Notes: a model not told the origin generated them from the sequence alone. Positions 45,978-55,747 are shown, counted from the stretch's first letter. The stretch: DNA of 64,000 nucleotides from an uncultured Spirochaetota bacterium (GCA_963734495.1 CAVTHK010000013.1:160001-224000), one strand, 5' to 3'. Program-made: numbers and translations.

Positions 45978-46907
45978 ATGAAGTTGGGCACTTCCATATG
46001 GCCCTGGAAATGGGGACCGCCGTATGACGATGCGATCACGCGCATCGCGAGAGCAGGCTTCAAGGCGGTGGAGCTGATCGCGTGGGAGCCCAGGGTCTTC
46101 GACGAGTACTACACGCCGTCGAAGATCAAGGAGCTGAGAAAGCGCATCGCGGACGAAGGGCTGGATCTGTCCGAGTTCGTCTCCACGCCGCGCGACCTGG
46201 CGCACCCGGACAAGAGCAAGCGGCAGGCGTCCGTCGATCACTTCAAGCGCATGGTGGACACCGCCGTCGCTCTCGGCACAAAGATCGTCAACAGCGTGGC
46301 GCCGCACCCGTTCTCGCTCGAGTTCCCGAGGATCACGGATCTGCCGCACGTGCAGGAGTTCCGCGCGAACCTGCCTTCGGGCCTCGACTGGAAACGCAAC
46401 TGGGAGGACTACGTCGGCGCCATGAAGCAGTGCTGCAGAGTCTGTGAGCAGGCCGGGGTGCGCTACGCTCTCGAGTCGCACCCTTACCGCATCATGCGCA
46501 ACGCCGATTCGATGCTGCGGCTGATCGAGCACGTCGGCTCTCCGGCGCTCGGGATGAACCTCGATCCGAGCCACCTGTTTCCGCTCGGGGAGCTTCCCGA
46601 GGTCGTGATCGGCATGCTGGGCGACCGCATCTTCCACTGCCATTTCTCCGACAACGACGGCGTGACCAACGCGCACTGGAGAGTCGGGCGCGGCAAGGTC
46701 GACTGGAAAGCCGTGATGCGGGCGCTCAAGGAGACCGGGTTCAATGGCGTGATCTCGATCGAGCTCGAGGACGCGCCGGGCGGCCGCGACGAGCACGTTC
46801 CGGGAGAAAAGAGATCGGCGGCGACACAGGAGTTCGAGGAAGAGAACAAGGCGTCCATGGAGCACATCAAGCGGATCTGCGCGGAGCTGCAGATCAGGCT
46901 CGAGTAG
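45978..46907 (+). CDS. Sugar phosphate isomerase/epimerase (TIM barrel)
   Basis: ALESHP, NLDPSH, HFSDNDG, GKVDW, SIELE. Confidence 0.88.
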   Translation: MKLGTSIWPWKWGPPYDDAITRIARAGFKAVELIAWEPRVFDEYYTPSKIKELRKRIADEGLDLSEFVSTPRDLAHPDKSKRQASVDHFKRMVDTAVALGTKIVNSVAPHPFSLEFPRITDLPHVQEFRANLPSGLDWKRNWEDYVGAMKQCCRVCEQAGVRYALESHPYRIMRNADSMLRLIEHVGSPALGMNLDPSHLFPLGELPEVVIGMLGDRIFHCHFSDNDGVTNAHWRVGRGKVDWKAVMRALKETGFNGVISIELEDAPGGRDEHVPGEKRSAATQEFEEENKASMEHIKRICAELQIRLE

Positions 46908-46924
46908 AGCGGCGCGTCGGGGCG

Positions 46925-46974
46925 GTCGCTTTGACCGCCGTCGCTTTGACCGCCGTCGCGCGGCCGGCTATCAT
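46925..46974 (+). promoter_or_regulatory. aroA promoter with a 15-bp tandem duplication of the -35 region
   Basis: GTCGCTTTGACCGCC x2; TTGACC(46946)-17-TATCAT(46969), 8 nt before the ATG. Confidence 0.6.
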
Positions 46975-46982
46975 TACCGACC

Positions 46983-48239
46983 ATGGAAGTCACCATCCGC
47001 CCCGGAACGCTCTCGGGCCGCGTTCGCGTCCCGGCGTCCAAGTCGCACACGATCCGGGCGTTGATCATAGCCGCCCTCGCCGAAGGCGAGTCGCGCGTCA
47101 TCCATCCGCTCGACTCGGCGGACACGCGCTCGTGCCTCGCGTGCTGCCGGGCGCTCGGCGCCGAAATCGGGGAGCGCCCCGGCGAATGGGTCGTGCGCGG
47201 CACGGCAGGCCGGCCGATTGCGCCCGAGAACGTCGTCGACGTGGGCAACTCGGGCACGACCCTCTACATCGCCATGGCCGCCTCGGCGCTGGCCAAAGGC
47301 TTTACGGTGTTCACGGGCGACGAGCAGATCCGGCGGCGGTCCGCGGCAAACCTGCTCGGCGCGCTGCGCGACCTCGGGGCGACGGCGTTCGACACGCGAG
47401 GCAACGGCTGCGCGCCCCTGGTCATCGGCGGCCCCCTCCGCGGCGGCCGCACGGCGATCGCCTGCCCCACCTCGCAGTATCTCTCGGCCCTGCTGCTGGC
47501 GGCCCCGCTCGCCGCTGAAACGAGCGAGATCGAGGTGACGCTGCTGAACGAGCAGCCGTACGTCGAGATGACCCTCGACTGGCTGAAGCGCCAGGGCATC
47601 CGCCTCGAGCGGCGCGGGCTGATGTGGTACCGCGTGCCCGGCGGCCAGGCGTACGGCGCGTTCGAGCGCGCGGTGCCGGGCGACTTTTCCTCGGCCACGT
47701 TCTTCTTCTGCGCGGCGGCGGTCACGGGTTCGTCGGTCACAGTGGAAGGGCTCGACCCCAACGACTCGCAGGGCGACAAGGAAGTGCTCGGCCTGCTCGA
47801 GCAGATGGGATGCCGCGTGAGCTGGAGCGACACCTCGGTCACCGTCGAGGGCGCGGCGCTCAAGGGGATCGAAGCCGACCTCAACGCGATGCCCGACGCC
47901 CTGCCCGCGCTCGCCGTGACCGCCTGCTTTGCCGAGGGGACGACCCGCCTCGGCAATGTCCCGCAGGCGCGGCTCAAGGAGACCGACCGCATCGCGGTGA
48001 TGGCCACGGAGCTCTCCCGCCTCGGCGCCACGGTGCGCGAGGAGCCCGACGGTCTCGTGATCGAAGGCTCGCGACTGCGCGGCGGAAGCGTCGACGGCCA
48101 CGGCGACCATCGCGTCGTCATGGCGCTGGGGATCGCCGGCCTGGGGGCCAAGGGGGGCACGACGGTGAGCACCGCGGAGTCGGCCGCGGTGACCTTCCCC
48201 AGGTTCTTCGATCTGATGGAGGGCCTGCGGGCGCGTTAG
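46983..48239 (+). CDS. aroA: 3-phosphoshikimate 1-carboxyvinyltransferase
   Basis: SKSH, GNSGTT, SQYLSALL, KETDRI, DHR. Confidence 0.96.
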   Translation: MEVTIRPGTLSGRVRVPASKSHTIRALIIAALAEGESRVIHPLDSADTRSCLACCRALGAEIGERPGEWVVRGTAGRPIAPENVVDVGNSGTTLYIAMAASALAKGFTVFTGDEQIRRRSAANLLGALRDLGATAFDTRGNGCAPLVIGGPLRGGRTAIACPTSQYLSALLLAAPLAAETSEIEVTLLNEQPYVEMTLDWLKRQGIRLERRGLMWYRVPGGQAYGAFERAVPGDFSSATFFFCAAAVTGSSVTVEGLDPNDSQGDKEVLGLLEQMGCRVSWSDTSVTVEGAALKGIEADLNAMPDALPALAVTACFAEGTTRLGNVPQARLKETDRIAVMATELSRLGATVREEPDGLVIEGSRLRGGSVDGHGDHRVVMALGIAGLGAKGGTTVSTAESAAVTFPRFFDLMEGLRAR

Positions 48240-48282
48240 CCCGATGGCCGGTGAGCCGGTACCTGGCCGCGGGACCCGCGCG

Positions 48283-49020
48283 CTACCAGTCGACCTCGCT
48301 CTGGAAGCGCGAGATCACGCGCGCGAGATCGATCTTGCCCTCGTAGATCGCCTTGCCCGTGATGATGCCGCGCACCAGGGGGTGGCGGCGGCGAGCCACG
48401 GTTTCGACGTGCAGCTCGGATCCGATGCCGCCGGAAAGCAGCGTCGGAAGCCCCGCGGCCTTGGCGACGAGGTTCGTCCTCTCGATGTCGGGACCGGCCA
48501 GGGTCCCGTCCCGGCCGATGCTCGTGTAGATGAGCCGCTGGAGCCCCGCGACGGCGAGCCCCAGCGCCATCTCCTGGTCCCGGCGGTGGGTGTCCTTCTT
48601 CCATCCCTTGATCTTGACGCGGCCGCGCTCGGCGTCTATCCCCGCGGCGAACCGCGGCGCTCCGAAGCGTTGGAGCCACTCGGCGACTGCCTCGGGCTCG
48701 CTCACGAGGACCGTGCCCAGGATCAGTCGGTCGGCGCCGAGCTCGATCACGCGGCGGACGTCCGAGGCGGTGCGGATCCCGCCGCCCACCTCGATGCGGC
48801 AGGCGACGGCGCGGCGGATCGATTCGATCGCGGCGCGGTTGTCCACCTCGCCGCGCGCGGCGTCCAGGTCCACGACGTGGAGCCACGCGGCCCCGGCCTG
48901 CTCGAGCTGCTTCGCCATGTCGGCGGGACGCTCGTCATAGATGCGGCTCGAGCTGTAGCGGCCCTGGAGCAGGCGCACGCATTTGCCGTCGAGCAGGTCG
49001 ATCGCGGGTATGATCAGCAC
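48283..49020 (-). CDS. hisA: ProFAR isomerase
   Basis: IIPAIDL, HVVDLD, GGGIR, DGTLAGP, GKAIY. Confidence 0.94.
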   Translation of the reverse strand: MLIIPAIDLLDGKCVRLLQGRYSSSRIYDERPADMAKQLEQAGAAWLHVVDLDAARGEVDNRAAIESIRRAVACRIEVGGGIRTASDVRRVIELGADRLILGTVLVSEPEAVAEWLQRFGAPRFAAGIDAERGRVKIKGWKKDTHRRDQEMALGLAVAGLQRLIYTSIGRDGTLAGPDIERTNLVAKAAGLPTLLSGGIGSELHVETVARRRHPLVRGIITGKAIYEGKIDLARVISRFQSEVDW

Positions 49021-49061
49021 GCCGTTTGACTCCTCGCACCCCGCATACTATCCTCGCGCGC

Positions 49062-50306
49062 GTGGAAGATAAAGCGTCGGTCGAGCGGCTCCAGAAGCGG
49101 CTGCTCCAGCGCCTGCTGAGCTACGTACGGGTCGACACGGCCTCGGACGGGCACCTCGCAGCCCGGCCTACCACGCCCGGCCAGGGGCAGCTCCTGCAGG
49201 CGCTCCAGTCGGAGCTCGCCTCGTTCGGCGGCGTGGACACCGAGCTGCACGAAGGCCGGGTGCTGATCGCGCGCCTCCCCGGCACGCGGCCCGGGGCGCC
49301 CGTCGTCGGCTTCATGGCCCACGTCGACACGGTCGGCGACCCGAGCGGGTCGGGAGTCACGCCGGTGGTGCACGAGCGCTACGACGGCCGCGCGATCGAG
49401 CTGGCCGAGGGCAGGAGGCTGGACCCGGCCGAAGCGACCGATCTCAAGCGCTACGCGGGCGCCACTCTCGTAACGTCAGACGGGCGTACGATCCTCGGGG
49501 CCGACGACAAGGCCGGCGTCGCCGAGCTGATGACCGCGGCCGAGGCGCTGGCGTCGATGCCGGCGCGGGCCAGGGGACCGGTCGAGATGTACTTTACGAC
49601 AGACGAAGAGACCGGCTTCGGGATGCAGGGGTTTCCCAAAGAGAAGGCGCGCTGCGTCTGCTGCTACACGCTCGATGGCGAAGGCGAAGGCGGCATCGAG
49701 GCCGAATGTTTCCACGCCTACAGGGTGCAGGTGCACTTTACCGGCCGCGTCTTCCACCTGGGGAGCGCTCGGGGCAGGCTCGTCAACGCGGTCGAGATGG
49801 CGGCCGCGCTGGTCAGCCTCCTGCGCGGGGCGGAAAGCCCGCAGGCGACCGACCTCCGCCACGGCTACTACTGCCCGTACGAGATCGGCGGAAACGTCGG
49901 CGAGGCGAGCCTCACCATCCTGCTTCGGGACTTCGACGACGCCCAGTGCTCACGGCGCATCGAGGCGATCAGGGCCGCTGCGGCCGCGGTCGAGCGCATG
50001 AATCCCGGCGGCACGACGCGCGTCGAGGTCGAAAAGCAATACGCGAACATGCGCGAGGAGCTGCAGCGCCACCCCGAGGTGCTGCGCCGGCTCGAGGAAG
50101 CGGTGCGCAAGACCGGGATCGAGCCCGAGTACAAGCTGATCCGCGGCGGGACTGACGGCGCGCGGCTCACGGAGATGGGCGTCCCGACTCCCAACATCTT
50201 CGACGGCGGCTACAACTATCATTCGCTTCTCGAGTGGGCGGCTTTGCCCGCGATGGTTCGGGCCACGCAGGTCGTGCTGAACCTTGTCGACCTCTGGGCC
50301 AAGTAG
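49062..50306 (+). CDS. pepT: Peptidase T
   Basis: AHVDT, GADDKAG, DEE, IRGGTDG, PNIF; promoter TTGACT-17-TATCCT lies 7 nt before GTG 49062. Confidence 0.92.
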   Translation: MEDKASVERLQKRLLQRLLSYVRVDTASDGHLAARPTTPGQGQLLQALQSELASFGGVDTELHEGRVLIARLPGTRPGAPVVGFMAHVDTVGDPSGSGVTPVVHERYDGRAIELAEGRRLDPAEATDLKRYAGATLVTSDGRTILGADDKAGVAELMTAAEALASMPARARGPVEMYFTTDEETGFGMQGFPKEKARCVCCYTLDGEGEGGIEAECFHAYRVQVHFTGRVFHLGSARGRLVNAVEMAAALVSLLRGAESPQATDLRHGYYCPYEIGGNVGEASLTILLRDFDDAQCSRRIEAIRAAAAAVERMNPGGTTRVEVEKQYANMREELQRHPEVLRRLEEAVRKTGIEPEYKLIRGGTDGARLTEMGVPTPNIFDGGYNYHSLLEWAALPAMVRATQVVLNLVDLWAK

Positions 50307-50392
50307 CGCTGCACAGGCCGGTGGGCGGGTCAGGGCCGACGCGCTGCTTCGTTTCATGCGCGAAAGCGCAGTCAGGACGCAGAGGAAAGACC

Positions 50393-51109
50393 GTGAAGGA
50401 ACGAAACGTGAAAAAGGTTTGCATAATAGGGGCATCCGGAAAGCTTGGCCAGTACATGGTGAGACACGCGCTTGATCGGGGGTACGAGGTCATCGCCGTC
50501 TGTCGGGGGCGTAGTGTGCCCAAGCTGGAAGCCTTCAAGGGACGAATCACGGTTGTCCCCGGAGCGACGAACGACCGCAAAGTGATCAGAGAGGCGGTTG
50601 CTGGATGCTACGGGGTGCTGACCGTGCTGTGGCCCTGGGGAGTTCACCAGTACTCGTCAGGGACGGCGCAGGCGGTGCTCGACTACGCGCCACCTGGTGC
50701 GCGCCTGGTATTCTCCTGCGGTTGGCATATCTCGCGGGACGGCCAGGATGTCTACTCAAAGGGCTTCAAGACGATGGAAAAGGCCGCCAGTTTGCTCGGC
50801 AAGCTGCTGCGCGCATTCGAGATCGAGGACCAGGTGGAAGCGTGTCGACGCGTGTTTGCCAGTGACACGCGGTGGACCGTGGTTCGCGGGAGCGATCTGG
50901 AGGAAGGCGAGAGCCAGGGTCTGCCGGTATGGAGCAGGCATGTTGGCGACCCGATTCTAGAGAGCAACATGACGCGCCGTGTGGACTTCGCGCTGTTCAT
51001 GGTGGCGGCGCTCGAGAACGACGAACTGGTTCACGAGGCTCCGGCGATTGTGGGCTGCCAGACGACTTCGGCACTCGCCGCCAAGGGGCAAGAGCGCGTG
51101 CAGATCTGA
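50393..51109 (+). CDS. NAD(P)-binding oxidoreductase (NAD-dependent epimerase-like), lower GC
   Basis: IIGASGKLG Rossmann motif, WTVVRG, RVDFA; SD GAGG before GTG 50393. Confidence 0.85.
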   Translation: MKERNVKKVCIIGASGKLGQYMVRHALDRGYEVIAVCRGRSVPKLEAFKGRITVVPGATNDRKVIREAVAGCYGVLTVLWPWGVHQYSSGTAQAVLDYAPPGARLVFSCGWHISRDGQDVYSKGFKTMEKAASLLGKLLRAFEIEDQVEACRRVFASDTRWTVVRGSDLEEGESQGLPVWSRHVGDPILESNMTRRVDFALFMVAALENDELVHEAPAIVGCQTTSALAAKGQERVQI

Positions 51110-51208
51110 CCACTACTCGCGTGCACCGAGCATGTGGAACGGAAACCGTGATTGTGCGCCCCAGTGTGCACGTGTCACTCGCATGGCTCCCATAAGGCGC
51201 GTCGTATT

Positions 51209-51784
51209 CTACGGGATGGCTTGCTTCGGAAAGTCACCCTTTGTGATCGCCTGGATTTTGCCGCACACAAACTCCACCCGGTCACTGACCGAAGCCCGTG
51301 GAACTTCGACGACAAGATAGCCCAATCCCGCATAGACCCTGCGCACGTCCTCTCCGAACTGCCGTGCCGATTCGAAGTCCATCTTCCTTTCGTCATCTGT
51401 TGTGTATATCTCCTTCCAGCCACTGAAGAAGAACACGCACCTGTTGTATACGAACCGGCTGGCCGCCCTCTCATAGACCGCCCTGTCGACTTTGAAGAGG
51501 TCAGCATATGCAATGAGATCCGGAATCCCTCTGTCGAAAAGCGTGATCCCTTCTGCTTTCGGGTTGCTTTCGAATGCGTACATCGCCCTCGAAAGCAGCA
51601 ATTGATTGAACAGGCCGGCATCCGACTCCGGAACCCCCTGGCCGCGAATCGAGCGTTGCTCCCTCAGTACCTGCCGAGCCGGATCGTCGACACAGGCGAA
51701 ACCGACGGGCTTCATCCGAGCGAATACAGTGGACTTGCCGGCTCCCATCGCTCCAGTGAATACGAAGAACCTGTCCCGGATCAC
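51209..51784 (-). CDS. AAA_28-type ATPase (distal cassette)
   Basis: TGAMGAGKST Walker A, FDRGIPD, YTTDDER; SD GAGGAG before GTG 51784. Confidence 0.85.
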   Translation of the reverse strand: MIRDRFFVFTGAMGAGKSTVFARMKPVGFACVDDPARQVLREQRSIRGQGVPESDAGLFNQLLLSRAMYAFESNPKAEGITLFDRGIPDLIAYADLFKVDRAVYERAASRFVYNRCVFFFSGWKEIYTTDDERKMDFESARQFGEDVRRVYAGLGYLVVEVPRASVSDRVEFVCGKIQAITKGDFPKQAIP

Positions 51785-51915
51785 GCCAATCTCCTCAAAT
51801 CCGTTCGATCGCGAGATGGCCATGCGGCGGCGGAGCCGCGCATCCCGTGAGCGAATTCCCCTTCGGACGGCCAGAGGGATCTACTCTCCGCGCGATCAGT
51901 GGTCTACCAAACGCA

Positions 51916-52030
51916 GCCCGACATGGAGTTGAGCTGCGCCGCCGCGCGTACCGCGCCGCAGTGTACGCCACATGGCCGACGGTGGTAGGCGCGGCTTAAG
52001 TCGTCAGCTCCAACGATTTGATACTTATGC
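51916..52030 (-). repeat. attC site 1 (degenerate cores)
   Basis: L boxes pair with canonical bulges (GTTG[G]AGCTG[A]CG / CGCAGCTCAAC); R' is GTCGGGC; R'' has a 4-bp insertion (+ strand G[ATAC]TTATGC). Confidence 0.8.
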
Positions 52031-52053
52031 TCATCAAGCGATGGTGGCAATGC

Positions 52054-52962
52054 TCAGTTGAAGCCAGGAATGTCAAGAAAACCGCCGAATACCCACCCGC
52101 CGATGCCGTCGGGTCTGCGGACGGGGTACCACCAATCGTTCATGCCACCTATGTGCTGTTGGAGCTCCGGTCGGCCAACAATCTCTATGGTGTCGCCCTG
52201 ATTGAGGTAACCTACTATCCCGCCGTCAAGGCCAGGCATATTCCGGATCCGTACTTGTGAATCGCTCAGGATTGCCGAGACAGGCCTTGTGGGCCCTTCC
52301 GGAAGACGAGGCCACATTCGCCAACGAATCTCTGTGGTTGCGCGCACCTTGTAGCGTGTCCATGGACTGCCAGTATTGGTGTTCGTGTACTCGATCCTCT
52401 TTACGATCGCGAGGCCGCCGCCGAGGGCGCGGGCGAACCGGTAATCGTTCAGGTCGTCGGGCAAGAGAAGGTCCGTGCGTGTGACTCGACCATCCTTGAT
52501 TTCATACTTTGCGAATCCATATCGGTCGACGAGATTGTCCGACCGCCGTCCGTCCTGGATGGTGACGGCGATGGTGTTGCTGTTCATCCAGGCCCAATCG
52601 CCCTGACGGTTACCACCGCCAATATCCACGCCGGCCGCGACGTCAATGACTGTGAAAACACGGTAGGGAGAGGTCCCTGTATCTGCAAAGAGGTACCGAT
52701 CGTCGGGGGACCAACTGAGGAATCCAACGCCGTAGAAGTACTTGACCGGAACGAACACCTCCGATCCTCCACGATTGAGGTAAATGCCGGTGTGGTCGTT
52801 GTCCACGCCTTTGATGTCAGCGATGATCACTGAGTAGCTACGGCCATCGTTGGAAGAGTATCGCTTGGCATTTCTGACGACGGCAGTTACGTAGGTCGGC
52901 ACCTGAGCGTGGACGGTGACGGACACAGCCAGGAATGACGCGAAAGCAGCGGCGAGCCTCAT
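52054..52962 (-). CDS. Secreted protein with C-terminal bacterial SH3 domain (cassette)
   Basis: Signal peptide; WSPDDRY propeller-like motif; VRIRNMP..G.IVGYL..WY.V..GWVFGGFL SH3b motif. Confidence 0.75.
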   Translation of the reverse strand: MRLAAAFASFLAVSVTVHAQVPTYVTAVVRNAKRYSSNDGRSYSVIIADIKGVDNDHTGIYLNRGGSEVFVPVKYFYGVGFLSWSPDDRYLFADTGTSPYRVFTVIDVAAGVDIGGGNRQGDWAWMNSNTIAVTIQDGRRSDNLVDRYGFAKYEIKDGRVTRTDLLLPDDLNDYRFARALGGGLAIVKRIEYTNTNTGSPWTRYKVRATTEIRWRMWPRLPEGPTRPVSAILSDSQVRIRNMPGLDGGIVGYLNQGDTIEIVGRPELQQHIGGMNDWWYPVRRPDGIGGWVFGGFLDIPGFN

Positions 52963-53104
52963 CCTTGCCTCCCGCGATCAATCACTGCGGATGGTAGTAC
53001 GCATTCGGCTGCGACGCAATGCTTTCCGGAGCACGCGGAGCACGCACTGACGCGCAGAGTCTCAATCGACACCGCCGTTCATCGAAGGAGCTAGTCCCAA
53101 CACG

Positions 53105-53219
53105 GCATAATATAGAGTTCAGTAGAGCCGCCGCATCAAACCGGCCCCATCTGGAATTCCCAATTGCATTTTCCGATCCAGACGACCCTCAAGGCGACTA
53201 CCGCAACGATTAGTTGTGT
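53105..53219 (-). repeat. attC site 2
   Basis: + strand GCATAAT-ATAGAGTTCAGTAG...CTACCGCAACGATTA-GTTGTGT, 115 bp; R' GTT changed to ATT. Confidence 0.75.
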
Positions 53220-53251
53220 TCAATTGATTGTGATCTGCAACCTTGGGAAAG

Positions 53252-53809
53252 CTATTTCCCTTCATTTGAATAATGGAGAACAACAACCCCTGACTTGAAG
53301 ACCTTCGTGTCAACCAATGTAAGATTGATTCTCTCATTCAGATTATCGAATAGCCGCTTGCCCTTTCCGACAACAATCGGCTGAATTGCGAGCCAGTATT
53401 CGTCGATCAGGCCGCGGCGCATGAATTCCTGGCTAATGCTTATTCCACCTAACGAGATGTTCTTGCCAGGCTGCTGTTTCAACTGAATGACTTCGTCCAC
53501 CATGTTGTCTTTAGCTAATCTAGTATTGTTCCAGGCGGCCTTCTGAAGAGTCCGAGAAAAGACTATCTTTGGAACAGCATTAATCCTGTCAGCGAAATCA
53601 AGCTCACTCTTGGTGGCGTTTGGATCCTGGTGCGCATGGGGCCAGTAGCTTTCCATAAGCTGGTAGGTCACTCGTCCAAAGAGGGCAACGTCTGTGTCGT
53701 CGAGTAGACCACTGAAAAACTCGTGCAGTTCGTCGTCCGCGGCAACGGCCACCGTGTGATCAGCGAAACCATCGAGACTTAGGTTTATTGCTAAGGTCAG
53801 TTTCCTCAT
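53252..53809 (-). CDS. Dihydrofolate reductase / RibD C-terminal family protein (cassette)
   Basis: NLSLDG, LFGRVTY, KIVFSRTL, LIDEY..PIVVGKGKRLF, SGVVVLHY; most AT-rich gene seen. Confidence 0.9.
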   Translation of the reverse strand: MRKLTLAINLSLDGFADHTVAVAADDELHEFFSGLLDDTDVALFGRVTYQLMESYWPHAHQDPNATKSELDFADRINAVPKIVFSRTLQKAAWNNTRLAKDNMVDEVIQLKQQPGKNISLGGISISQEFMRRGLIDEYWLAIQPIVVGKGKRLFDNLNERINLTLVDTKVFKSGVVVLHYSNEGK

Positions 53810-53995
53810 GCACACCTCCAGCATTGGGCCCTACCTTGCAGTTCTTTTCACTGGCGCGGCCAAAAATATGCTCCAGTCCAATCTAAGAAATGCGAGCAAT
53901 CGAGGCAAACTTTGGTGATGTGAAGTTGACTGTCTGATGGCCCGTCTCCTTCTTGAGGCCAAACAAGCGTTGGAAGACGATAGCGTTTCATAGGC

Positions 53996-54102
53996 GCATA
54001 ACATAGAGTTTAGCTGCGCCGCCGCAAGCTCCCGCGCATCCAGTGTATACCAGGCCCGCTGACCGTGCCGGCGTGGCATAAGGCGTCAGCGATTTGGTAG
54101 AC
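53996..54102 (-). repeat. attC site 3 (6-bp deletion in the L'' arm)
   Basis: + strand GCATAAC-ATAGAGTTTAGCTGCGCCGCCG...GGCGTCAGC[TCCAAC missing]GATTT-GGTAGAC. Confidence 0.8.
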
Positions 54103-54196
54103 AGCCATCGAACACGCGCGTGGCATGTGTGATTGGGGATTGGTTCGGTCAGAGCGCATCCACGTTGGTGTGGCGTGAGTTGGAGCACACGACGCT

Positions 54197-54973
54197 TCAG
54201 CCCCCCTTTCTGGCGTGGATCAAGACGCAGACGTAGGATCGCAGCACTGATCCCCCGCTGTCGTCGATCGTACGTCGGATAACGTCAGCCATCTTGCTCT
54301 GCCGATCGAGCCCGAGGTTCCTGTAATCGGAATACGTTCTGAACAGGCCGATGTACTCCTCGGCAGAGTAGTGTTGCTGCCAGGGGTACTCTCGCAGTTG
54401 GCACGGTTCGAATAGCTTGCAAGCGCGCAATTCGTTCACCCAGCGGTCGATATCGCCCCTCGTTTGGGATTGGGTGATTCTTCCGCCGGTTTCATGCTCG
54501 AGCTTGTCGTTCAGGATAGCGAGCGGGCCTTCAAGAAAAGGGGTGAAGTTGTACAGCAGCGCGAGACTGCCCTTCTGTGACAGCAACCGGACGGTGTTCG
54601 TGAGCCGAACCATCGGGTCTATCCAGTGGAAGGCCTGCGCCGAGAAGACCAAGTCATAGTGGCCGGCGGGCGCCTCGAAAGACTCAAAAGCACCCGCTGA
54701 TATGCTGACAGCCGGCCAACGCCGGCAATTGGCAGCTGCAAGGGCTGCAAGCCGCTCCCCCAGCTCGATAGCGTGGATTCGATAGCCCATAGTCGCCAAG
54801 GGAACCGTTGCCTGCCCTGTTCCGCAGCCGACCTCCAGTAGGAGCGAAGATGGCCCTAACTCGGACAGTGCGACCATGTCACGTAGAGCGGCGGTAGGGT
54901 AACTCGGTCGGTAGGTGTCGTAATCCGCCGCTGCATCGTCGAAGACCACGCGAACGGATCGGTCGAAATCCAA
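54197..54973 (-). CDS. Class I SAM-dependent methyltransferase (cassette)
   Basis: YDTYRPSYP, LEVGCGTGQAT, AQAFHWID. Confidence 0.9.
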   Translation of the reverse strand: MDFDRSVRVVFDDAAADYDTYRPSYPTAALRDMVALSELGPSSLLLEVGCGTGQATVPLATMGYRIHAIELGERLAALAAANCRRWPAVSISAGAFESFEAPAGHYDLVFSAQAFHWIDPMVRLTNTVRLLSQKGSLALLYNFTPFLEGPLAILNDKLEHETGGRITQSQTRGDIDRWVNELRACKLFEPCQLREYPWQQHYSAEEYIGLFRTYSDYRNLGLDRQSKMADVIRRTIDDSGGSVLRSYVCVLIHARKGG

Positions 54974-54992
54974 GGCTACACCTCTCGAGGCG

Positions 54993-55036
54993 GGCTGTAA
55001 TTGGCTAGTTTAGTCAGCTCTAACGATTTGGACCGC
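54993..55036 (-). repeat. attC site 4, collapsed remnant
   Basis: Only GTCAGCTCTAACGATTTGGACCGC (R''/L'' arm) and GGCTGTAA (R' remnant) remain. Confidence 0.6.
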
Positions 55037-55094
55037 ACCGGTACTCCACCCGAGCCTCGGCGTGTGTTGCGGGACCTCCCGTTGCTGACTGATC

Positions 55095-55427
55095 CTACTT
55101 GTCCGAACGGCCGGACAGGGTCATCAGTTTCCTCACCTCTGTCGCGCTAGATCCAGCAATCAAGAGAGACCGCACCAGTAGGTCGAGGCTCACGGTCGGG
55201 TCGGCCGCCTCCATCTTCGCCACTCGCGACTGACTGGATCCGACCATTTTCGCGAGCTGGCTTTGCGACATGTTACGTTTCAGCCGCTGCCGGCGCAGTC
55301 TGTCTGCCAGCTCGAGCTTGATTTCGACATAGGCGGCCTCCTGCGGGGACAACTGCAGGAACTCGGCCGTAGTGCCTACTCTCCAGCCCTTGGAGGCAAG
55401 TCGTTTCTTCTTGCTCTCACGCATCAT
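55095..55427 (-). CDS. XRE-HTH antitoxin (HigA-like)
   Basis: GWRVG..AEFL, MSQSQLAKMVGSSQSRVAKME, VSLDLL; overlaps the upstream toxin. Confidence 0.88.
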   Translation of the reverse strand: MMRESKKKRLASKGWRVGTTAEFLQLSPQEAAYVEIKLELADRLRRQRLKRNMSQSQLAKMVGSSQSRVAKMEAADPTVSLDLLVRSLLIAGSSATEVRKLMTLSGRSDK

Positions 55428-55740
55428 CGTACTCCCGAAAGCGTTTCCGGCACGTTTCCATGATCGCTGCGGGGATAGCCTGGGTCTTCTTGCTGAACAC
55501 CTCGGCTATGACTATTGCGTCCCGGTCGATCCGATAGACGATTCGCCACGCCCCGCCGGTATCCCGTATGCGCAATTCGTAACACCGCGGCCCCAGTGTA
55601 GGCAGAGGTCTGGAAAACGGCATGCTGAGCAGCTCGCCTCGCTGTAGCCGTCGCAAGAGGAACCCCGCCTCCAACCGGCCCTTTTCAGAAAGAGGCGGCG
55701 TCCCCACCTGGCCGTGGAGCCATACCAACGGCTTATCCAA
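55417..55740 (-). CDS. RelE/HigB (Gp49-like) toxin
   Basis: KPLVWL..TPPLS, PFSRPLP..CYELR, WRIVYR, FSKKTQ; start TTG 55740 inferred from the promoter. Confidence 0.88.
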   Translation of the reverse strand: MDKPLVWLHGQVGTPPLSEKGRLEAGFLLRRLQRGELLSMPFSRPLPTLGPRCYELRIRDTGGAWRIVYRIDRDAIVIAEVFSKKTQAIPAAIMETCRKRFREYDDA

Positions 55741-55747
55741 TAGCCAC

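Noticed and set aside
51050-51058. GTGGGCTGC as the R'' partner of attC1 R' (GTCGGGCTGC)
   Set aside because: It lies inside the oxidoreductase coding sequence with no attC arms, so it is probably chance.
53831-54079. 82-aa ORF, and the similar 65-aa ORF at 55756-55953
   Set aside because: Both run through attC sites. Their mutual similarity comes from the repeat and not from a protein family.
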